Shown here: in pieces, positions 59,772 to 64,000 of the stretch
Position numbering within the stretch: the stretch's first letter is position 1
Layout: every line of letters starts with the position of its first letter
NCBI GenBank assembly: GCA_050013255.1
Contig: JBEKFP010000002.1
Location: forward strand, 288,001-352,000
DNA length: 64,000 nt
Origin: Candidatus Bathyarchaeia archaeon
GTDB taxonomy: Archaea > Thermoproteota > Bathyarchaeia > 40CM-2-53-6
Reading direction: 5' to 3'
Notes under the pieces: model-generated
Told to the model about the DNA's origin: nothing
The model's database searches: none
What the model saw: the letters and a program-made list of their open reading frames with translations, nothing else
Program-made: the position numbers and the translations under genes

Positions 59772-60482
59772 CTGTCGAACTTCGTAGACCTTCACGTAAT
59801 ACCACGAGTGGAGGACGAAAGCTCATGCAAGCAAATGGCTGAGCGAATCAGAATCGCCGGCTACTCCACTATAGGATTAACGTTCCCAACTGGCCTGATG
59901 CGGGACAGGATTGTGCTACTCAAAACTGTTTTTGAAGAAGCTGGGCTTGAAACTGCGCTTCGAATTGATTTAACGGCAAGCTCTAGAATGGACCTGCTTC
60001 GGTTGCTGCGACGATTCAGGAATTTATACGATGTTATTGCAGTGAAGTGCGCTAACCAGCGCGTGGCAATAGTCGCGTGCAGGGATAGGCGCGTGGACCT
60101 CATTATCTTTGACCCTACGAGTAGAAGCGTTAGGTTCAGTCATCCTCTTGCCAACCTTCTGAGAGGGGCAATCGAATTCAACCTAGTTTCTTCGCTCCTT
60201 AAGGAAACGAGGGCTGAGGTGTTCTCAGGGATTATGAAGCAGTGTGCAATTGCCCGTGAGCATAAGGTCAAGGTAGTTCTATCGAGCGGATGCAACAATC
60301 CTGACCAGGTTAGGAGCCCGCTTCAAATCGCCGCCCTTGCTACCGCGATGGGCCTCTCTGAAGCTCAGTCTCTTGCTGGAGTATCCGCAACACCCCTTTC
60401 GATTATCAAGCGCAACTTGGCCCATCGGTCACCTCAATTCGTAGAAGAAGGTGTAAGGGTCGTTTTGCCAAAGGTGGCATAG
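59772..60482 (+). CDS. rnp3: RNase P protein Rpp30
   Basis: N-terminal FVDLHV lies upstream of the first GTG; CTG start with GGAGG SD; D..AV....ACRD.RVD, SSG...RSP. Confidence 0.85.
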   Translation: MSNFVDLHVIPRVEDESSCKQMAERIRIAGYSTIGLTFPTGLMRDRIVLLKTVFEEAGLETALRIDLTASSRMDLLRLLRRFRNLYDVIAVKCANQRVAIVACRDRRVDLIIFDPTSRSVRFSHPLANLLRGAIEFNLVSSLLKETRAEVFSGIMKQCAIAREHKVKVVLSSGCNNPDQVRSPLQIAALATAMGLSEAQSLAGVSATPLSIIKRNLAHRSPQFVEEGVRVVLPKVA

Positions 60483-60485
60483 CGA

Positions 60486-60794
60486 ATGTCGAAACGTTAC
60501 CTGCTGATCAAAGTTGCTTCGGATAAACCACTTTCGCGAGACCAATTTCGAATCGCGTTGACCGATTCAGTTCGACGAAACTTTGGCGAAATTGGCCTAT
60601 CCAGGGTTGACCCAAAGGTCGTACGTTATGACGGTACAGGATCACGAGCGATTGTGGCCTGTAGGGCGGGTACAGCGAATGAGCTTCAAGCTGCCGTTGC
60701 CCTGATTTCAGAAGCTTCAGGGACTCCGATTGCACCCTTGGTTGTTGGCGTTTCGGGAACAATAAAGGCACTTGGAAAGAGAAGGCCAAGGTAA
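60486..60794 (+). CDS. rnp2: RNase P protein Pop5/Rpp14
   Basis: KRYL, FGEIG, GVSGTIKAL. Confidence 0.85.
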   Translation: MSKRYLLIKVASDKPLSRDQFRIALTDSVRRNFGEIGLSRVDPKVVRYDGTGSRAIVACRAGTANELQAAVALISEASGTPIAPLVVGVSGTIKALGKRRPR

Positions 60795-60823
60795 CTTTTT
60801 GTTTCGGACGACAATGCTCTGAG

Positions 60824-60901
60824 TGCGGGGATGAAGAAGCCAGTCCCAGTCAGATCTTTTTGCTGAAGATATGACGACCTCAGCGACGGGCTGACCCCAC
60901 A
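60824..60901 (+). ncRNA. Box C/D guide sRNA
   Basis: GGGG-ATGAAGA(C)-AGCCAGTCCCAGT-CAGA(D')-hairpin-ATGACGA(C')-CCTCAGCGACGGG-CTGA(D)-CCCC. Confidence 0.8.
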
Positions 60902-61058
60902 TAACATAACGCGTCAACTCAAGGGAGATGCGTTTTTCGTCACGTGACTTGATGCTTCGTCATCTAGTCACAGCTTCAGCAGTCAATAAGCCCTACCTCA
61001 AGGGTTTTATTGGAGAAACTTACTGAAAGGGACAAATTTCGCTTTAGGTGAATTTGAA

Positions 61059-61805
61059 TTGTCAATGTTTGCAGTTCCAGGTGCCTACGACCGTGCAATC
61101 ACAGTGTTCTCACCAGACGGGCGTCTGTTTCAAGTCGAATATGCTTCGGAAACTGTCAAGAGGGGCGCGACCGTGCTCGGCATCGTTTGCCCTGAAGGCA
61201 TCGTTCTAGCGGCAGAGGAAAGGCCCACCTCCAAACTTCAAGATCCGAACTTCATGTGGAAGATCTTCCAAATCGACGAACACGTAGGCGCTGCGGTTGC
61301 CGGTTTGAATTGCGACGCACACATCCTCGTCGACCAGGCGAGGGTTTACGCTCAATCGAACCGCTTATTGTACGACGAACCAATCGATATCGAAATTCTG
61401 ACGCGACGAATTGGAGAGATAAAGCAACTTTACACGCAGCATGCTGGCGTGCGCCCATTCGGCCTCTCAATGCTCTTCGGCGGATTGGATCGGAAAGGAA
61501 GCCGTCTCTTCTGGACTGATCCCAGTGGGGCCTTCTTCGCGTTCAAGGCTTTGGCGATCGGTGCCGGTGGCGATGCCGCCAATGAAATCCTCGAAGCGGA
61601 CTACAAGGACACAATGAGCCTAGATGAGGCAGTACTTCTTGCCATTAAATGCATGAGCAAAGTCCTAGAGGACAAGCTAAACGCGCAACAGCTGCGCATC
61701 GCAACTGTCCCTGCAGCGACAAGGAAGTTTGCTAAAATGCCGCCGGAAGACGTAGAGAAACATATTAAACGGCTGGATTCCTCGAAAAAGGCCGTTAGCC
61801 GATGA
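61059..61805 (+). CDS. psmA: Proteasome alpha subunit
   Basis: YDRAITVFSPDGRLFQVEYA, RPFG. Confidence 0.97.
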   Translation: MSMFAVPGAYDRAITVFSPDGRLFQVEYASETVKRGATVLGIVCPEGIVLAAEERPTSKLQDPNFMWKIFQIDEHVGAAVAGLNCDAHILVDQARVYAQSNRLLYDEPIDIEILTRRIGEIKQLYTQHAGVRPFGLSMLFGGLDRKGSRLFWTDPSGAFFAFKALAIGAGGDAANEILEADYKDTMSLDEAVLLAIKCMSKVLEDKLNAQQLRIATVPAATRKFAKMPPEDVEKHIKRLDSSKKAVSR

Positions 61806-62491
61806 GTGAAAAGTTCAGTACAGCTCGAATTTCAAAAAGCGGCGAAAAATTCGAAATCCTAGTCAAACCCGAATCGGCCTTAGAATACAAAATGGGCAAA
61901 CCCGTCGGCCTATCACAATTCCTAGTCATAGAAGAAATTTACAGCGATGCGGGCAAAGGAACTAGGGCGTCAGCTGAGAAACTGGAGAAAGCATTCGGAA
62001 CAGTAGACCCGGTGAAGATCGCCGAGGACATAATGAGGCATGGCGAACTCCAACTTACCACAGATCAAAGGCGACAATTGGTTGAAGACAAACGCAAACA
62101 GATAGTTGCCTTCATCAGCAGAAACTGCATAGACCCACGTACGGGAACTCCACATCCACCGATCAGAATCGAACAGGCATTGGCTCAGGTAAAGTATTCA
62201 ATTGACCCATTCAAGAGCGCGGATGAGCAGGCGAAAGATATCATTGAGGAACTCCGCTCCCTTCTACCCATCAAGATGGAACAGATGCGGGTGGCGGTCA
62301 AGATACTCGCTGAATTTGCCGCTAAGGGTTATGGGGCGGTAAAGGGCTACGGAACCATTTCGAGAGAGGAATGGCAGGCGGACGGAGCATTGGTCGCTGT
62401 CGTCGAGATGCCTGCTGGACTATACGGACCCTTTATCGAACGGCTCGGGAAAATCACTCAGGGTACAATTCAAGCAAAGGTACTCAAGTAG
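61802..62491 (+). CDS. Ribosome maturation protein SBDS/Sdo1
   Basis: GEKFEILV, GELQLT..QRR, PHPP.RIE. Confidence 0.94.
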   Translation: MSEKFSTARISKSGEKFEILVKPESALEYKMGKPVGLSQFLVIEEIYSDAGKGTRASAEKLEKAFGTVDPVKIAEDIMRHGELQLTTDQRRQLVEDKRKQIVAFISRNCIDPRTGTPHPPIRIEQALAQVKYSIDPFKSADEQAKDIIEELRSLLPIKMEQMRVAVKILAEFAAKGYGAVKGYGTISREEWQADGALVAVVEMPAGLYGPFIERLGKITQGTIQAKVLK

Positions 62492-62587
62492 AAGCCAAAG
62501 CACCAACACGGAAGCCGTGTAGCCAAAGTATATGTAGCAGTTTCCGTGTTTCTGCTCGACTTCGTTTACAAGTTTGAGTTGGAACGG

Positions 62588-63292
62588 TTGACGGTACAAG
62601 CTGAAAGAAAGCACCTAGTAGGGCCGGGCGAACTTCTCGCTGAAGGCCCCTTTTTTGCTGGGGAGAACACTTACCGTGATGGCACAAAAATATTCTCCTC
62701 ACGGGTAGGATTGGCAGAAGTCATCGGAAACAAATTCATCGTAGTCCCAATCAAGGGCGCGTACATTCCACGCCTCGACGATATTGTGGTGGGACGGATA
62801 ACCGATATCGGAATGTCCGGTTGGCAAGTTGACATCGATGCACCTTACCCTGCCATGTTGCCGGCCTCTGAGACTCCTTTACAACATGGTCGAGATTCTG
62901 TACGCCGCGATTTGAGCCACATTTACGGAGTCGGCGATCTTATGATTGCACAGGTCATAGCCTTCGATCGAACGCGAGACCCGCTCCTTACCACGAAAGG
63001 AAGAGGGTTAGGGAAAGTCACTTCAGGGCACGTGGCTCGAATAACCCCGGCAAAAATACCGCGAATAATCGGAAAGAAGGGCTCAATGATAACAATGTTG
63101 AAGAATGAGACTCAAACCGATATCATTCCTGGCCAAAACGGCGTAATCTTGGTAATTGGAAAGAACCCAGAAACCGAGAGTGCAGCGGTAGAAGCTATTT
63201 ACATGATTGAACGTGAAGCGCATACGAGTGGATTGACGGAACGCGTAAAGGCAATGATAGTAGAAAGAATGAAGGGAAAAACAGTTGGGTAA
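62588..63292 (+). CDS. rrp4: Exosome RNA-binding subunit Rrp4
   Basis: PGELLA, S1 domain, [19 protein letters not shown]. Confidence 0.93.
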   Translation: MTVQAERKHLVGPGELLAEGPFFAGENTYRDGTKIFSSRVGLAEVIGNKFIVVPIKGAYIPRLDDIVVGRITDIGMSGWQVDIDAPYPAMLPASETPLQHGRDSVRRDLSHIYGVGDLMIAQVIAFDRTRDPLLTTKGRGLGKVTSGHVARITPAKIPRIIGKKGSMITMLKNETQTDIIPGQNGVILVIGKNPETESAAVEAIYMIEREAHTSGLTERVKAMIVERMKGKTVG

Positions 63293-64000
63293 AGAACAAA
63301 AGGTCCCACTGCTCGACAAGAACGGCCTTCGTGTGGATGGTCGACGCCTCGACGAACTCCGCCCACTGAAATTGGAGGTTGGAATTTTAGATAAAGCCGA
63401 TGGGTCGGCATACATCGAGCACGGGAAGAACAAGATACTCGCGGCAGTGTATGGCCCTAGAGAGGCCCATCCGAAACATATCGCCCTTGCTGACCGTGCT
63501 GTGGTCAGGTGCAGGTACCACATGGCCCCATTTTCAACTGACGAACGGAAATCGCCCGCACCATCTAGGCGCGAGTTGGAACTCTCGAAGGTGATTAGGG
63601 AGTCGCTTGAGCCCGCAATAATGTCAGAGTATTTCCCAAGGGCAACGATAGACATAACTATCGAAGTCCTGCAAGCTGACGCTGGAACAAGGTGCGCTGG
63701 AATAACTGCAGCCTCCCTCGCCTTAGCCGATGCAGGTATCCCAATGCGAGAACTAGTGGCAGCCTGTGCCGCAGGAAAGGTGGAAGGCAAAGTGGTGTTG
63801 GATCTCTCTGATATTGAAGATAAGCAGGGAGACGCAGACCTTCCAGTTGCTTTCATGCCAAAATCCAACGTTATCGGCCTCCTACAAATGGATGGTTCGT
63901 TGACCGAAGAAGAGTTCAAGCAGGCGCTAGATTTGGCGATCAATGCGTGCCGAAGAATCTATGATATGCAAAGAGAGGCACTCAAACAGAAATACCACGT
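63285..64000 (+). CDS. rrp41: Exosome RNase PH subunit Rrp41 (runs off window end)
   Basis: Manual translation [27 protein letters not shown]...ADGSA...YGPRE...[11 protein letters not shown]. Confidence 0.95.
   Translation, partial: MGKEQKVPLLDKNGLRVDGRRLDELRPLKLEVGILDKADGSAYIEHGKNKILAAVYGPREAHPKHIALADRAVVRCRYHMAPFSTDERKSPAPSRRELELSKVIRESLEPAIMSEYFPRATIDITIEVLQADAGTRCAGITAASLALADAGIPMRELVAACAAGKVEGKVVLDLSDIEDKQGDADLPVAFMPKSNVIGLLQMDGSLTEEEFKQALDLAINACRRIYDMQREALKQKYH

Noticed and set aside
59744-59785. Possible intron joining ATG AAG to the rnp3 frame (hairpin GGCAG/CTGTC)
   Set aside because: No 4-bp central helix or paired bulges, and the ATG belongs to the upstream gene; a CTG start with SD is simpler
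63083-63943. Long antisense ORFs (e.g. 286 aa here, 56316-56990, 54649-55239, 21699-22238)
   Set aside because: Shadow frames of well-supported genes on the opposite strand
1-64000. CRISPR array, rRNA genes, intact integrase or transposase
   Set aside because: No regularly spaced direct repeats, rRNA-like blocks or full-length recombinase ORFs seen

Overview
Archaeal (TACK-type, most likely Bathyarchaeia; inferred from gene content and protein styles) chromosomal window. About 1-12.2 kb is a decaying accessory island: GH130/GT4 genes, a TrpD-like + RibD-like + ECF-S cluster, transposase and restriction remnants, and a tRNA 3' fragment. About 12.3-64 kb is mostly core information-processing genes: cdc48, DEAD-box helicase, EF-2, fen1-lig, dph6, ahcY, ECF transporter, an Smc5/6-like SMC-kleisin-KITE operon, tfb, ileS, KEOPS, S15/RecJ/S3ae and the L15e-RNase P-proteasome-exosome superoperon. 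The main discovery is that the essential EF-2 gene is split by a 28-nt micro-intron (19095-19122) with textbook bulge-helix-bulge (BHB) geometry. Cutting after the 2nd nucleotide of each bulge restores the conserved QIR-N-MGIIAHVDHGKT sequence, whereas the unspliced message hits a stop after 23 codons. The neighbouring tRNA-Gly(CCC) carries three BHB introns, all at non-canonical positions, which implies a broad-specificity splicing endonuclease that also processes mRNA. A second candidate mRNA intron (pth2), probable ACG/CTG start codons, a box C/D sRNA and several structured intergenic RNAs are also reported. All calls were made by eye; no searches were run.
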